Source: the human T2T-CHM13v2.0 reference genome, Homo sapiens. Taken from it: DNA of 64,000 nucleotides. A model generated the notes under the pieces. That model saw nothing but the letters and a program-made list of their open reading frames with translations, did not search any database and was not told the DNA's origin. The stretch is from assembly GCF_009914755.1 (NCBI RefSeq), contig NC_060928.1. The stretch is one strand, 5' to 3'. This document shows positions 34,612-51,124 of this stretch, in pieces. Numbering within the stretch: the stretch's first letter is position 1; each line of letters begins with the position of its first letter. Made by a program: the position numbers and the translations under genes.

Positions 34612-34880
34612 TCTCTTTTCTTCTTCTTCTTCTTCTTTTTTTTTTTTTTTTTTTTTTGAGACCAGGACCAGGTCTCACTCTGTTACCCATGGTGGAATGC
34701 AGTGAGCTCACTGCAGCCTCGAACTCCTGGGGTCAACGATCCCCCACCTCAGCCTCCCAAGGAGATAAGACTACAGATGTATACCACCATGCCTGGCTAA
34801 TATTTGTATTTTGTTTTTGTAGAGATGGATCTCACTATATTTCCAAAGCTGGTCTCAAACTTCTGGCCTCAGGCAGTCCT
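34612..34880 (-). mobile_element. AluJ-like element, truncated, with (CTT)n/poly-T tail
   Basis: gctcactgcagcctcgaactcctggg; tttgtagagatgg; homology stops at ctcaggcagtcct. Confidence 0.85.
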
Positions 34881-35410
34881 GTCTTTTTTGTGCCTGGCTG
34901 CTTTTGCTCTCTTTTATGTTTGTAAGATGTATTCCATTGTGTAATGCCACAATTTATCTTTTTCCATCTATTCCTTATACATATTTTGCTATTTTCCAGT
35001 TTCTGTCAGTTACTAATATTGCTCATATGAACATGAGATTCATGCTTTCTGCTGAACATCTGTATGCATTTATGTCATGTAAATGCCTCATAGCAGAATT
35101 CCTGGTTCTTAGAGTGTGTGTACATTCACCTTTGATAAGTACTGCCAAACAGTTTTCCAATGTAGTTGTAGCCATTTCCACTCTCACTAGCAATGTTGGT
35201 CTCTCTAATCCCTTTCAAACACTGTGGGTTTTTTCCCCTTCCATCTTTTTCATCTTAGGAAGTCCGGGGATTGGGGAGTTGTATTACTATTTAATATTTA
35301 TATCTATGATGTGTAATAAAGATGAGCTTGTTTTCATGTGTTGATTGGCCATTTGTATATCTATTGTGATGTGAATATTCCAGTCATTTGCCCATTATTC
35401 TATTGAATGT
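34881..35410 (-). mobile_element. Ancient L1ME-like 3' fragment
   Basis: tattccattgtgtaatgccacaatttatc; actgccaaacagttttccaa; ttcatgtgttgattggccatttgtatatc. Confidence 0.7.
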
Positions 35411-38400
35411 TTAATGTGCAGAGACCCAGGAATTTTGACCCTGGCAACCTTAATATTTGGTACTTGAAATCCATTAAATTTTAAATTCTATGAGATAAGC
35501 AATATTCGATTTTTTTCCTGTTTTCTTCAGTACTGTATTTCTGGCTCCTAGACTAATGCTTCAGTTATTGGATTTTCAGTAAATACCAAAATGATTAATA
35601 TAAATCTTTTCATCATATTAATATATATATGACAGCATAGGTATATATCAAGCTATGATTTTAACATAGAGATCTACCTTAAAGCTTTAGTCTTTTAAAT
35701 AGTTGGCTTTTGCCAAAATCAGTTGGTTTTCCAGAAGTTGGAACAGGTTTATAGTAAGTGTATTATTTAGTTGTTTTCTATACACATAGGAAACCTCTAG
35801 GGTGCCATTTATACTTCCCATCATGATGCCCGATGCTACAGTTTTCTTCCACTTTAGGAAATCTCTTTGTCTTCAACTTGTATATAATTGTCATATTCAA
35901 TCATAGTATTAATCTCAACTGTATTCTCCCTCCAGCTCTAACTGTCTTTTCAGTGCAAGAAGTAGAAAAGAAAACACAGCTCCTTTCAGTTCAACACATC
36001 AGAGGAGGCTAGAAATCCAATTTCCTGGTTCCCAGCTCAGTTTTCTCTCTATTACAAACATAATACCACTGAGTGAACTTTAGCTACTATATCTACAGAA
36101 AGTTCTAACATTTGGAGTCACAAATCGACATGTATACAGTTTTCTTCAAATTCAGAGGGTGCACACAAAAGGGAAAAAGGGAAAAACAAAACAGTTATGA
36201 GGAAGGTATTTGGGTAGGGATTTGATTTATAAACTTTAACTTTAATTTACTTTTGAACTCCGCACATCCTGTTTTTTTGTGGTATTGTTACTTGAAGCTA
36301 CCAGAGCATTTGACCCAGAGAAGACCAAAATAAACAGAAAAGAGGATTGCTGGTTAAGAAGAAGAGAATAGGCCTGATCATAAATAAAGGCAATGCCTGT
36401 GATAAAGGATTATCATTATGGATTCATACACCAACTACATATATAAAAATATCTAGACATAATATATAATAAAGATAATATGTTTTGAAGCACATCCTTA
36501 ATAAATTAGAAATCTTACACTAGCAAACTTTTCTATCTGATAGTAAAATTAAAAATACTAAATCATCAAACCTCATCAAATATTCCTGTGTATAAGGATG
36601 TTGTACTGAATTATACTGAAATTGTGGAGAATGCTGAACAGTACCTAAATATTGCCAGCATTACTCACACAAACATTACAAAATAAAATGACACCCTAAA
36701 AACAAAGAAAGACATTTCCATAAAAGGAATGAATTTATCTTCAGTTGATAGTTCATGCCATCATTGTATTTTTTGTTGACTATAGTGCAAACTAAAGCAG
36801 GGTTGTAACAGAGAACAAGTGAAATTACCAGTAACAACAGGTTCTAAATTCCCTCTCCCATCACATCAACCACAGTACAAGAATGGTCAATAATAAAAAT
36901 CAAGATGGAATGCATTTTTTTAACACTCAATGTATTTTTTTAATATAGACCTATGAAAGTGATAGCATCAGTGCTCTTTTGTAATGTCTTTTTCTAACTG
37001 TTTTATGGTAGCTTGGAAAATGAAAGCATTCTAATAAATAAAATGTATTAAAACTGAGTTTCCTATTTTAAAATTAACAAAACATTAATTCCAAAACATT
37101 TTAACATTTACCTAAGTAAGTAGTCTACAGGCCAAATCATAAAATTTCCTTTTTAAAAATTTTTAAGTTTTTTTTATTTTTAATTTTTGTGGGTACATAG
37201 GGGTTCTATATATTTATAGGTTACATAAGATATTTTGATACAGACATACAATGCACAGTAATCACATCAAGTTAAATGGGGTATATACCCCCTCAAGCAC
37301 TATCATTTATGTTACAAACAATCCAATTACATTTTTTTTTACTATAGTCACCCTGTTGTGCTAGAAAATATTGGGTTTTATTCATTCTTTCTAACAATTT
37401 TTTCTACCCATCCCCACTTTCTCCCAACCTCCCACTACCCTTCCCAGCCTCTGCTAACCATCCATTTTTATACTCTCTATCTCCATGAGTACAATTGTTT
37501 TAATTTTTTAGTTCCCACAAATAAGTGAGAACATGAGAAGTTTGTCTTTCTATGCCCAGCTGTTTATTTAACATAATGACATCATGCTGTTGCAAATGAC
37601 AAGATCTTATTTTTTTATGGCTAAATAGTACCCCATTGTGTACAGGTACTACATTTTCTTTATCCGTTAATATGTTGATGGACACTTAAGTTGTTTCCAA
37701 ATCATGGCTATTAAGAATAGTGCTGCAATAAACATGGGAGTGCAGATATCTCCCACCAGCAGTTTATGAGGGTTACCTTCTCTCCACATCCTCACCAGCA
37801 TTTGTTATTGACTGTATTGGATAAAAGACTTCTAACTGGGGTGAGATGATATCTCACTGTAGTTTTGATTTGCATTTCTCTGATAAGCAACAAGGTTGAG
37901 CATGTTTTCAAATGCCTGTTTGCTATTCATATGTCTTATTTTGAGAAATGTCTATTCAGATATTTTGCCCAACTTTAAAGCAGATTATCAGTTTTTTTCC
38001 TATCAGTTTGAACTCTTTATGTATTCTGGTTACTAATCCCTTGTCAGCTGGGTGGTTTGCTAATATTTTCTCCCATTCTGTGGGTTGTCTCTTTACTTTG
38101 TCAATTGTTTACTTTGTTGTGCAGAAAGCTTTTTAACTTGATGTGATCCCATTTGCCCACTTTTGCTTTGATTGCCTGTCCTTGTGGAATGTTACTCAAG
38201 AAATCTTTGCCCAGGCCAATGTTCTGGATAGTTTCCTGAATGTTTTCTTGTAGTAGTTTCGGTTTGAGGTCTTAGATTTAAGTCTTTAAGCCACTTTGAT
38301 TTGATTTTTGTATATGGCAAGAGATAGTGATCTGGATTCATTCTTCTGTATGTAGATATCCAGTTTTTCCAGTACCATTTATTGAAGGGACAGTCTTCTT

Positions 38401-41088
38401 TCAATACATGTTCTTGGCAGCTTTGTCAAAAATGAGTTCACTGTAGATGTACAGATTTGTTTCAGGGTTCTCCATTCTGTTCCATTGGTGTATGTATCCA
38501 TTTTTATGCCAGTACCATGCTGTTCTGATTACTATGGCTATGTAGTATAGTTTGAAGTCAGGTAATATGATCCCTCCAGTTTTGTTCTTTTTGCTCAGAA
38601 TAGCTTTGGATATTCTGGATCTTTCATGGTTCCTTATAAATTTTAGAATTGTCTTTTTATTTCTGTGAAAAATGTCATTGTTATTTTGATAGGGGTTGCA
38701 TTGAATCTGTAGATTGCTTTGGGTAGTATAGACAGTATAACAATATTAATTTTTTTCAACATATGAACATGGAATAGCTTTCCATTTTCTTGTGTCCTCT
38801 TTAATTTCTTTCATCAGTGTTTTATAGTTTTCATTATCGAAGTATTTCACTTCTTTGATAAGTTAATTCCTTGGTATTTAATTTTATTCGTGGCTATTGT
38901 ATAGTTTCTTTTCCAGATTGATCAGTGTTGACATATAGAAATGCTACAAATTTTTGTATTTTGTGTCCTTCAACTTTGCAAAATTTCTCAGTTCTAATAG
39001 TTTTTTGGTAGAGTCTTTAGGTTTTGCAAAATATAAGATCATATCATCTACAAATGAGGATATTTGATTTATTCCTTTACAATTTGATGCTGTTTACTCC
39101 TTTTTTCATGTCTGATGACTTCATGTCTTTTTTCATGTCTGTTGATATGACGTATCACACTGATGGATTTGTGTATGTTGAACCATCCTTGCATCCCTGG
39201 GATAAAACGCACTTCATCATGATTTATTATCTTTTTAATGTATTGTTGAATTTGGTTTGCTTTTATCTTACTGAGCATTTTTGCATCAATGTTCATCAGA
39301 GATATTGGCCTGTAATTTGGTTTTTCTGACATGTCTTTGTCCGTTTTTGGTAACAGGGTATTACTGGCCTCACAGAATGAGTTTGGATGCATACCTCCTC
39401 TGCTATTTTTTCGTAATAGTTTGAGTAAGATTGCTATTAGCTCTTCTTTAAATGTTTGGTAGAATTCAGTAGTGGAGACAATGGGTCCCAGGCTTTACAT
39501 TACTAGGAGACTTTTACTATGGCTTTGATTTTGTTACTTGTTATTGGTCTGTTCAAGTTTTGGATGTCTTTATGGTTCAACCTTCATAGGTTGTATGTGT
39601 AGGAATTTTCCATTTCTTCTAGAATTTCCAATTTATTGTTATATTGTTGCTCATAGTAGCAAGTAATGATCCTTTAAATTTCTGTGGTATGACTTGTGAT
39701 GTCTTCTTTTTTATCTCTGATTTTATTTGGGTCTTCTCTCTCTCTCTTTTATTAGCCTGGCTATAGCTTTGTTAATTTTGTTTATCTTTTCAAAAAACTG
39801 GCTTTTCATTTCACTGATCTTTTGTATTGTTTACTTTGTTTCAATTTCTTTTATTCCTGCTCTGATCTTTATTATTTCTTCTACTAATATTGGGTTTAGT
39901 TTGCTCTTGCTTTTCTAATTCTTTAACATTCATTATTAGTTTATTAATTTGTGATTGTTCTTCATTTTTGATGTAGACACTTATAGCTATAAGTTTTCCT
40001 CTTAGTATTGCTTTTGCTGTATTGCCATAGGTGTTGGTATGCAGTGTTTCCATTATCCTTTGTTTCAAGAAATTTTAACTTCCTTCTTAATTTTGTCACT
40101 GACTCACTGGTTACTCAGAAGCATTATGTTTAGTTTCCTTGCATTTGTATAATTTCAAAAATTCCTGTTATTATTGATTTCTAGGCTTTTTTATTGCTGT
40201 CACAGAAGAAGCTTGACATTATTTCAATTTTTTGAATATTTTAAGGCATTTTGTGACCTAACATGTGGTTTATCCTTCAGTATGATCCATATGCTGAGGA
40301 GAAGAATGTGTATTCTGCAGCTGTAAGATGAAATGTTCTGTACATATCTATTTGGTCCTTTTGGTCTATAATGCAAATTAAGCCCAATGTTTCTTTGTTG
40401 ATTTTCTGTTTGAAAAATCTGCCCAATGCTGAAAGTAGGGTGTTGATGTCTTCAGGTATTATTGTGTTGAGGTCTATTTCTCTCTTTATTTCTAATATTT
40501 GCATTATATATCTGGGAGTTCCAGTGTTAGGTGCATATTTATTAACAATTGCTGTGTTCTCTTGCTGAATTATCCCCTTTAGAATTATATAGTGATCTTC
40601 TTTATCTCTTCTTACAGTCTTTGTCTTGAAATCTATTTTGTCTGATGTAAATATAGCTACTCCTGTTCTTTTCTTGTTACCATTGGCATGGAATATTTTT
40701 TCCAATCCCTTATTTTCAGACTAAATGTATCCTTATAGGTAAAGTGTGTTTCTTGTAGGCAACAGATCATTTGGTCCTGTTTTTTTTTTTTTTTATCTAT
40801 TCAGCTGTTTTATGTCTTTTGATTAGAATTTAGTCTATTTACATTCAACGTTATTATTGATAAGTAAGGCCTTAATCCTGCTATTTTTTTATTTGTTTTC
40901 TGATTGCTCTGTGGTCTTTTCTACCTTCTTTCCTTTCTTTGTGTTTTCTTATAGTGAAGGTAATTTTTTTCTGGTGGTTTAATCTAATTTCATGCTGTTT
41001 TTGTGTATGTGTTGTATTTTTTGAGGTTATGATGAGGCTTGCAAATATTATCTTGTAACTCATTATTTTAAACTGATGATAACACTGA

Positions 41089-41442
<354 letters not shown>

Positions 41443-42731
41443 TGTGCCCCACTTTTTAAGTTTGTGTTATTTTTCTTTATGTCTTACTGTACTGTTTATG
41501 TCATAAAAAGTTGCTGTAGTTATTATTTTTGATTGGTTCATTGTTTAGTCTTTCTACTTAAGAGAAGAGTAGTTTACACACCATAATTACAGTGTTATAA
41601 TATTCTGTGTTTTTCTCTGTGATTACAATTACCTGTGAGTTTTGTACCTTTAAATGATTTCTTAGTGCTCACTAATGTCCTTTTCTTTCAGGTTAAATAA
41701 CTCCTTTTAGCATTTCTTATAGGACAAGTCTGGTGTTGATGAAATCTCTCAGCTTCTGTTTGTCTGGGAAAGTCTTTATTTCTCTTTCATGCTTAAAGTA
41801 AAGTATATTTTTGCCAGATAACTCTTCTAGAATAAAAGATGCTTTTTGTCTTTTGGGATTTTTCTTTTTTTTTACCTTAAGCAATTTAAATATGTTATGC
41901 CTCTCTCTCTGCTGGCCTGTAAGGTGTCCACTGAAAAGTCCGCTGCCAGACAAATTAGAGCTCCATTATATGTTATTTGTTTGTTTCTTCTTGCTGCTTT
42001 TGGGATCCTTTCTTTATCATTGTCATTTGGGAGTTCAATTATTAAATGTCTTAAGGTAGTTGTCTTTGGGTTAAATCTGCTTGGTGTTATAAACTTCTTG
42101 TACTTATATATTGATATCTTTCTCTAGTTTTGATAAGTTCTTCATTGTTACCCCTTTGCATAAACTTTCTACCCCAACTCCTTCTCTACCTCTTCTTTAA
42201 TATCAGTAACTATTAGATTTGCCCTTTTGAAGCTATTTTCTTGATCCTGTAGGCATGCTTCCTTTTTTTATTCTTTTTTCTTCTTTCTTCTCTATGTATT
42301 TTCAAATAGCTTGTATGCAGGCTTACTAATTCTTTCTTCTGCTTGATTAATTCTGCTATTAAAAGACTATGATACGTTCTTCAGTATGTCAAGTGCATTT
42401 TTAACTCCAGGATTTCTGCTTGATACTTTTTAATTATTTTAATCTCTTTCTTAAATTTACCTGATAGAATTTGGAATTCCTTCTTTGTGTGATCTTTCAT
42501 TTCTTTAAGTTTCCTCAAAACAGCTAGTTTGAATTCTCTGCCTGAAAGGTGACATATCTCTGCTTCTCTAGGATTGTTCCTTGGTGCCTAATTTAGCTCA
42601 TTTGGTGAAGTCCTGTCTTCCTGGGTTGCCTTGATACTTGTAGATGTTTGTCTGTGTCTAGGCATTGAAGAGTTAGGGATTTAAGGTAGTCTTTGTAGCC
42701 GGGGCTTGTTTGTACCCGTTTTCTCAGGAAG

Positions 42732-43421
<690 letters not shown>

Positions 43422-43519
43422 GGAAGGCTTTTCAGATGTTCAAAAGGAGTTAGGTGTTGTGATCTAAGCCATATCTGCATCAGGGGCACCCCAAGGTCAG
43501 TAACACTTTGGTTCTTGCA

Positions 43520-43677
43520 GACTTGTAGAGGTACTGCCTTGCCGATCTTGGATAAGATCCAGAAGAGTTCTCTGGATTGCCAGGCCGAAACTCTTGTTGA
43601 CTTGTAGAGGTACTGCCTTGCCGATCTTGGATAAGATCCAGAAGAATTCTCAGGATTGCCAGGCAGAAACTCTTGTT
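43520..43677 (+). repeat. 79-bp tandem duplication (3 mismatches) in the L1MA 5' region
   Basis: gacttgtagaggtactgcc...aaactcttgtt at 43520-43598 and 43599-43677. Confidence 0.95.
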
Positions 43678-46460
43678 CTCTTCAATTACTTTCTACCAAA
43701 CAGAGCCTCTTTCTCTGTTCTGAGATACTTGAAGCTGGGAGTAGAGTGACACAAGCACCACTGTGGCCATCACCACTGGGACTGCTCTGGGTCAGACCTA
43801 AAGCCAGTACAGCACTGGGTTTTATCCAAGGCTTACTGTAACAACTGCGTGCCTACTGCGTATGTTTCTCCAAGGCCCTGGGGCACTACAGTCAGCACCT
43901 GGGGCTCTACAATCAGCAGGTTTCATAGCCAGCTAGGCTTGTGTTTTACCCTTCAGGGCAGCGAGTTCTCCCAAGATGCTAGGCAAGTCTAAAGGTAATT
44001 TCTGGGACTCAAGGACTGGAGTCAAAAGCCTTAGAACTCAAACTGGTGTTTTATCATACAGTGGATGAATTGGCAGTCAAACCACAAGATACATTCCTTC
44101 CCACTTTTCTCTCCCCTTTCCACAGGCAGAAAAGCTTCATCCCATGGCTACCATCATGACAGGCCCATAGGGAGTGCAGCCAGGCTGCCAACAATGTACA
44201 CTTAAGGCCCAAGGTCTCTTCAGTCAGCTTATGTTGAATGCTGACTGGCCTGGCACTAACCCTTCAAAGCAGAGCACTGGACTGCCTCTGTCCCAGGGCT
44301 GGTCCAGAAATGCCATCCAAGAACTTAGGCCTAGAATCAGAGACTGGAAGAGCCCGTTTGATTCTCTATCCCGCAGTGGCCAAGCTGGTACCTAAGATGC
44401 AAGGCCATGTTCAGAGTTCTCTTTACTTTTCCCTCTGCTTTTCTCAATCAGAGTCTCTTCATAGGCACCACTTCTGGGAATATGCTGAGTCTCATCTCAA
44501 GTCAGCATGTCTCAGAGTCTCACCAAAGGCTGATGACATATTACCTGAGTATCACTGCGGTTATTCCGGGCCCAAGGACTCTGTATTCATCAGGTGATGA
44601 GTTCTTCCAGGACTGAGTCCTTCTCTTCAAGGCAGCAGATTCCCTTCTGGCAGAGGATGTGTCTTTCTGGAAATGTTGTCTGGGAGACAGGGCCTAGAAA
44701 GGGGAGCCTCATGACTCTACCTGGTGCTCTATCCTACTGTGGCTGAGCTGGTATCCAATAAGCAAGACAAAGTCCTCTGTGCTCTTCCCTCTCCTTTCCT
44801 AAAGCAGAAAGAGGGTGTCTCTTTTGAAGCCATGAGCTATGCCACCTGGGGTTGGGTGAGGGGTGGCACAAGCACTGTCTTAGCCACCCCAGCTGCTGCC
44901 TCAGTAAGTTGCATGCCCCCCTAGTCCACTGGCTTTGAGCCAGCTTTAGCACTAGGAGTTACCTAGGAGTCGCAGTCATTATGGCCTAGTCTGCCTCTCT
45001 AGTTTATTTGGAGCCCAAGAGCCCTTTAGCCCACGGAAGTAAGGCTTGCCAGAACTCAGGTTCTGACCATTAGTATGGACAATTCCCCTCTGGTTAGAGC
45101 TAGTTTAAATGCTCTCTCAGTGGGCAAGTATCAGCTGAGTTCAGCACAGTTTTGCTTTCTGGTATGACAGGGCAGCAGTGAGTTTAAGCAAAGTCTCACA
45201 ATTGATGCACTCTCCCTCTTCCAAGCATACAGATTTTCTCTCTATGCCACAGCTACTGTGATGGGTTGGAGGAGGGGTGGCATCAGCAAATCAAAACTGT
45301 CTTTCCTAACTTCTTCAGTGCTTCCTTCAGTGATATAAAGTTAAAACCAGATACTGTGAGTGCTTACCTGATTTTTAGTTCTTATGAATGTACTTTTTTG
45401 TGTGTAGATTGTTGTTAAATTTGGTGTTCTTGTAGAGGGGATGACAGAGGGAGCCTTCTATTTTGGCCATCTTTCTCTACCTCTCTTGTCACATCACTGT
45501 CAGATGCAGAATTTATGTAACCTGGTCACATGGACAGCATCTATTGCATTGAAAATTAAAAAATAATTTGGTTTCTGAGTTATGAAATAAATGTGTAGGG
45601 AAATTTTTTTTCAAATTCATTATTAATATCTTTCAAAACTCATAGTAAAATAAACCAGATTAAAACACAGCATATGAAAACAATGAACCAAAAAATCCAG
45701 TTATATACTATACATTCAACAGTATGAGTTACTAGTTTTTAGGTCAAGAAGTAAAGAATAATATTATTAAATAAGTACTTACCAAGAATTACATTTCGAC
45801 TTTTTTCTGACATTATTGATAGTATAATTTCCCATGCATTATTAATCTAAATTATGTTTATTAATGAAATATTAATTTAATTATCTAAATTAATCTAATT
45901 TTTTCAGATATTTTGTACAAATAATCATTTTTATAACTGGAAATTATGTTTGTTTTTATGGCTAGTGTTGCATGAAACAAATTTGAATTAGAAATAAAGA
46001 CACTGTAAGAAACATTCAAACACAATGGAATTACTACACATCAGCAGTAACTTGTGAGAAGATGGAATAAAAAACACTCATTAAGATTGCCCTTATGGAT
46101 TTGACACTCACTTTCAATTTTGCAGATATTCCTAACCTAAAATCGACATTTACTTGACTACATTGAAGCTAAACTTTCGGATGCAAAATAGATTTTAGTA
46201 ACGAACGGTATTGCTGCCCAAATTTGAAAGACAGAAATTAAGCAGAAGCTCTCTTCCAGGTGCCCTTCTGACAGCAAGCAATGTCATAACCACACCAATA
46301 CTGAGAGACAGTTGCAGTGGCCATGCTTCACATCTAGTAGCCAGCCAAAAATTCATGAATAGTTGCAGAGAAAGCAATGGTAGTTTTCTGATCTCTGGGT
46401 TACAGACATAGGAGTGTTCTCAAAATCAGTGAGGTACAGGTGTCCCCTGATTCTCCCTCC

Positions 46461-47603
<1,143 letters not shown>

Positions 47604-47689
47604 AGCCCTTCTAATCATGCTCTAAGCAACAAATATCATGTTTAAAATTCCCTAATATTTGAAATATCTAACGAGCAATACTTTTGCTG

Positions 47690-49075
47690 TACTCCATGCT
47701 GACTGATATGAAAGAAAAATATGTGGGAAATTTAAAAAAGAAATGTAAATACATACATGTATGAATATATTTATATATATAAAAGATATTACAGAAGATT
47801 CAAATGAACAGAGATACACTTCATGTTTCAGGAAAAGTATAATTTTTTTAATAATCTAATTTCACTGACATATAAGATTAAAATAAGTCAAATGAATATA
47901 ATAAATGAATTATTATGGAGCTTATGAAACATGATTTTATCTGTAAATATAAAGATATAAAATATTATAAAAATAAAAGTGATATAGATATATTAGATAT
48001 TAGCTAAGATGTAGCTATAAAAATTAATTCACTATAGTGCTAGAAAAAAATCTGTAAATAGATCCCAAAAATACAAATAGCAGAAATACATGTTCTTATA
48101 TATAAATAATTATACAATAAATAAATCATTAAAGTCAGTGAGGAAAATACAAATTAAGCAACAAATGATTTGGATAAAATAGGTATTTAAATTAAAACAA
48201 AGAAAAACACAAGTATTGCCTTGTACAATAATTCAAACCTAGTTCCCCATTAATTAAGAAACTTAAGTTACAAATTGTTATCATATATTCTAAAAGGATA
48301 TTTACAAGTTTATTTAAATATTATGTAAATGATATAAGAATGGACATATACTTTTTTGAACAAAAATACATTGCAAAAAATCACAAAGAAAAATAAATAA
48401 TAAAAATGATTTCAGCATGTAAAGCAAATATTTTTATGCCAACAATCTCTTAAATGAGATTGAAAACAAAAGATCTAGAGAAATACTGGCAATGATTATG
48501 GGAGACAAAGAGTTAATTTTTAATTTAACTATAATACAGAGATTACAAAAAAACAATAAAGAAACTATGTCACTGGAAAAGTGGAGAAAGAAACTGAGTT
48601 ATACTGATTAATAAACAAAAAAAATTTAAAATAAATGATTCTGTTTCACATTTTAAAAATAAACTTCAAGAATTTTTTCTTATTGAATAATTAGAGGTGC
48701 AGATAAACAATATGAAATAAAAGAACAGATTATAATGTTGTTTAAAATGATGAAAATTAGAAACAATATAAATTTGCACCATAAAGCAGCATTTGAATTA
48801 ATTATGCTGTAAGTTGGATGATGATGAGTTATTAAAATCTTTCTTTTAATATTGAATAAAAAGATGCTCAAAACATAGGAGCAAGTGATGAAAATCAGCA
48901 TCTAATACCTTAGGTAAGAAATTAGTCATTTAAAAATGTCTATAAATTAATCTATTTATTTAAATACATCCTGGAAAGAAATGTATAAAAATATCAGTTA
49001 ATTGCAGAATTAGGGGTGATTTTTATTTACTTTATATTTTTCTATATTTTTTCATTGTCTGTAATAAGCAAAAAA
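47690..49075 (+). mobile_element. Very decayed L1ME-like ORF2/3' fragments
   Basis: A-rich; gaagattcaaatgaacagagatacacttcatgtt; acaaatgatttggataa; ggggtgattttttatttactt. Confidence 0.45.
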
Positions 49076-49749
49076 GTATTTTTAACACGGTACATTAATT
49101 GCATAACCCAGCAAAATAAGAAATATTTTAATCTATAGTTTGGATATTTTTGTTTCCCACATTGAATGAAAATATGATATCATACCAAAAACCAGATAGC
49201 TTTAATGAAAAATGAAGGGAATATTATAAGTAGAAATCATAAAACGTCATTATACAATTGTATTTTCTGTTTAAAACTACTTCATTATGACATGTTACTT
49301 TTGCTTAAATAATATGATTAGTGTGCCAAAAACAGCATTAAAACAACATGTAAATCTTAAAGAGTCCACATTGCAAGTAATAATTTAGAGAAAAATATCA
49401 GATTGATGGTAAATTATAAATTATACCTTTGATCAATGTAGAATATATGTGTTTATATAATCAGAAGTGACTACATCTATACATGCCTGTTCTCTTTCCT
49501 GATTTATATCACAAGTCCCTAGCATAAGGAACAGAAATGACATTTATATTTTCTGGACTTTATTCTGAATTTTCTCAGCCATAAATGGAAATTATGATGC
49601 CATGCCTATATTTTTTCAATAGGGCTCTTAGGATCATCAAAATGAACTGAAAATATAAGGCGGTGATAGCAAGAAGAAAACTGAGGACATAAGAATTTAC
49701 AACAGGACAGAATATGCAAGTAATATTAAATAACAATTTTTATAGTATA

Positions 49750-50330
49750 AATGAGGTTAAGCTTGAGTATTCATTGGGATACCATTGAACACAAGTGACA
49801 GAATATTTAACCCATACCAGCTTAAGAAAAAAATACACTGGCTTGAGAAATAGAATTTTTTATGCCAGTATGAAGTTTTTCATCCAGGCTTGATTCTGGG
49901 ACCTAAACAGTGTTGACAAAACCCAGATCCTCTAGTTTCTCACTTCTAATTTATGTGGGTTAACCATGTTAATCATTTTCAGGATGATCCATACATGTAA
50001 TTTTCCAGAACTTTTGTCTATTTTGTTCATTTCTGTATTCTGAGTGCCTATGCTTGGCACATGGTAGATGTAGCAGAGATATTTGTTGAGTAAATAAATA
50101 AACAAAAGATGAAAGCAAGATGGCTATAGTAATTCCAGCTTGCCATCCTTCTAGCTTCAGTAGAAAAAAGTTTTTCACGTATATGAGCAGCCCTGGTCTA
50201 AATCTCCGTGAGTCTCTTTAGTTCGTCTTTGAACCAAACAATGGGTCTTTATCCAGATTTGGACAGAGGCCAATCCCAAAAGATAACTGTCCCATCTCAA
50301 TCAAGATGGAGGAGAAATGGGTAGTTACAC
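49750..50330. mobile_element. Old MaLR-like LTR remnant with L2 3' fragment (~50010-50100)
   Basis: caagtgacagaatatttaacccataccagcttaag; tgcttggcacatggtagatg...atatttgttgagtaaataaat. Confidence 0.4.
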
Positions 50331-51067
50331 AGATGAAAATACCAAAAGAATATGCTATAATTTATAGGAACTCAAAAGATGGCAAAGAGTCATTATTGTG
50401 TATCTATGTTAGTAAAAAAATAGCCATGCATAATCCTAATATATAAGTTATGCCTATGGAGCAATGAATAGACTTTCCTCTATTAAGAAAGGTAAAATTT
50501 AAGAAACGTTGTATAAAATCATTCAGGGATAATGTTTTGCAAAATGCAGGTTTTGTTGATTGAGCCAAGATACTCCAAGTTTGCAGTTGGCTGTGTAAGG
50601 TGAAATCAACAAATGCCTTTCTTCTTAGAGAGGATCACATAGAAGAGAGCATAAGTCTGAAAGAAGACTAAAAAAGTGATGACCTGTTAAGACGAATTAG
50701 TTACCTTTTGTATTAGAAAGCAAAAACAAAGCACAAGAATGGATGACCCCACTCACGGAAGGCTTTTCCATTACAATTTTATCTTCAGTATTCTTCAATG
50801 GATTGGTAAAAATGCTTTTTGAATGGGTTTCAAGGCACGAATCCATTGATTTACTTAGAGACTCAGCTATCAATACAGCGTCTCCAGGCTGTCTGGCACA
50901 CCAGTCACCTCCAGGCAGTGTTTTAAATGAAGAGTAGGTAAACTGCCTTCATGTTTATTGTAGACTTTCATCTATTGATTAAGAATTATACTAAATAATG
51001 AAATATGAAGAAAATTGCCCATTGCCTAATATTTCCGTATAATATGTTGATGATGTCATTCTCAATA

Positions 51068-51124
51068 CAGCCTGGGCGACAGAGGGAGACTCGGTCTCAA
51101 AAAAATAAAATAAATTAAAAAAAA
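51068..51124 (+). mobile_element. Alu 3'-terminal remnant (~32 bp + A-tail)
   Basis: cagcctgggcgacagagggagactcggtctc followed by an A-rich tail. Confidence 0.9.

Noticed and set aside
43960-44800. ~350-bp periodic similarity as a novel tandem repeat
   Set aside because: Consistent with the subunit structure of old L1MA 5'UTRs.
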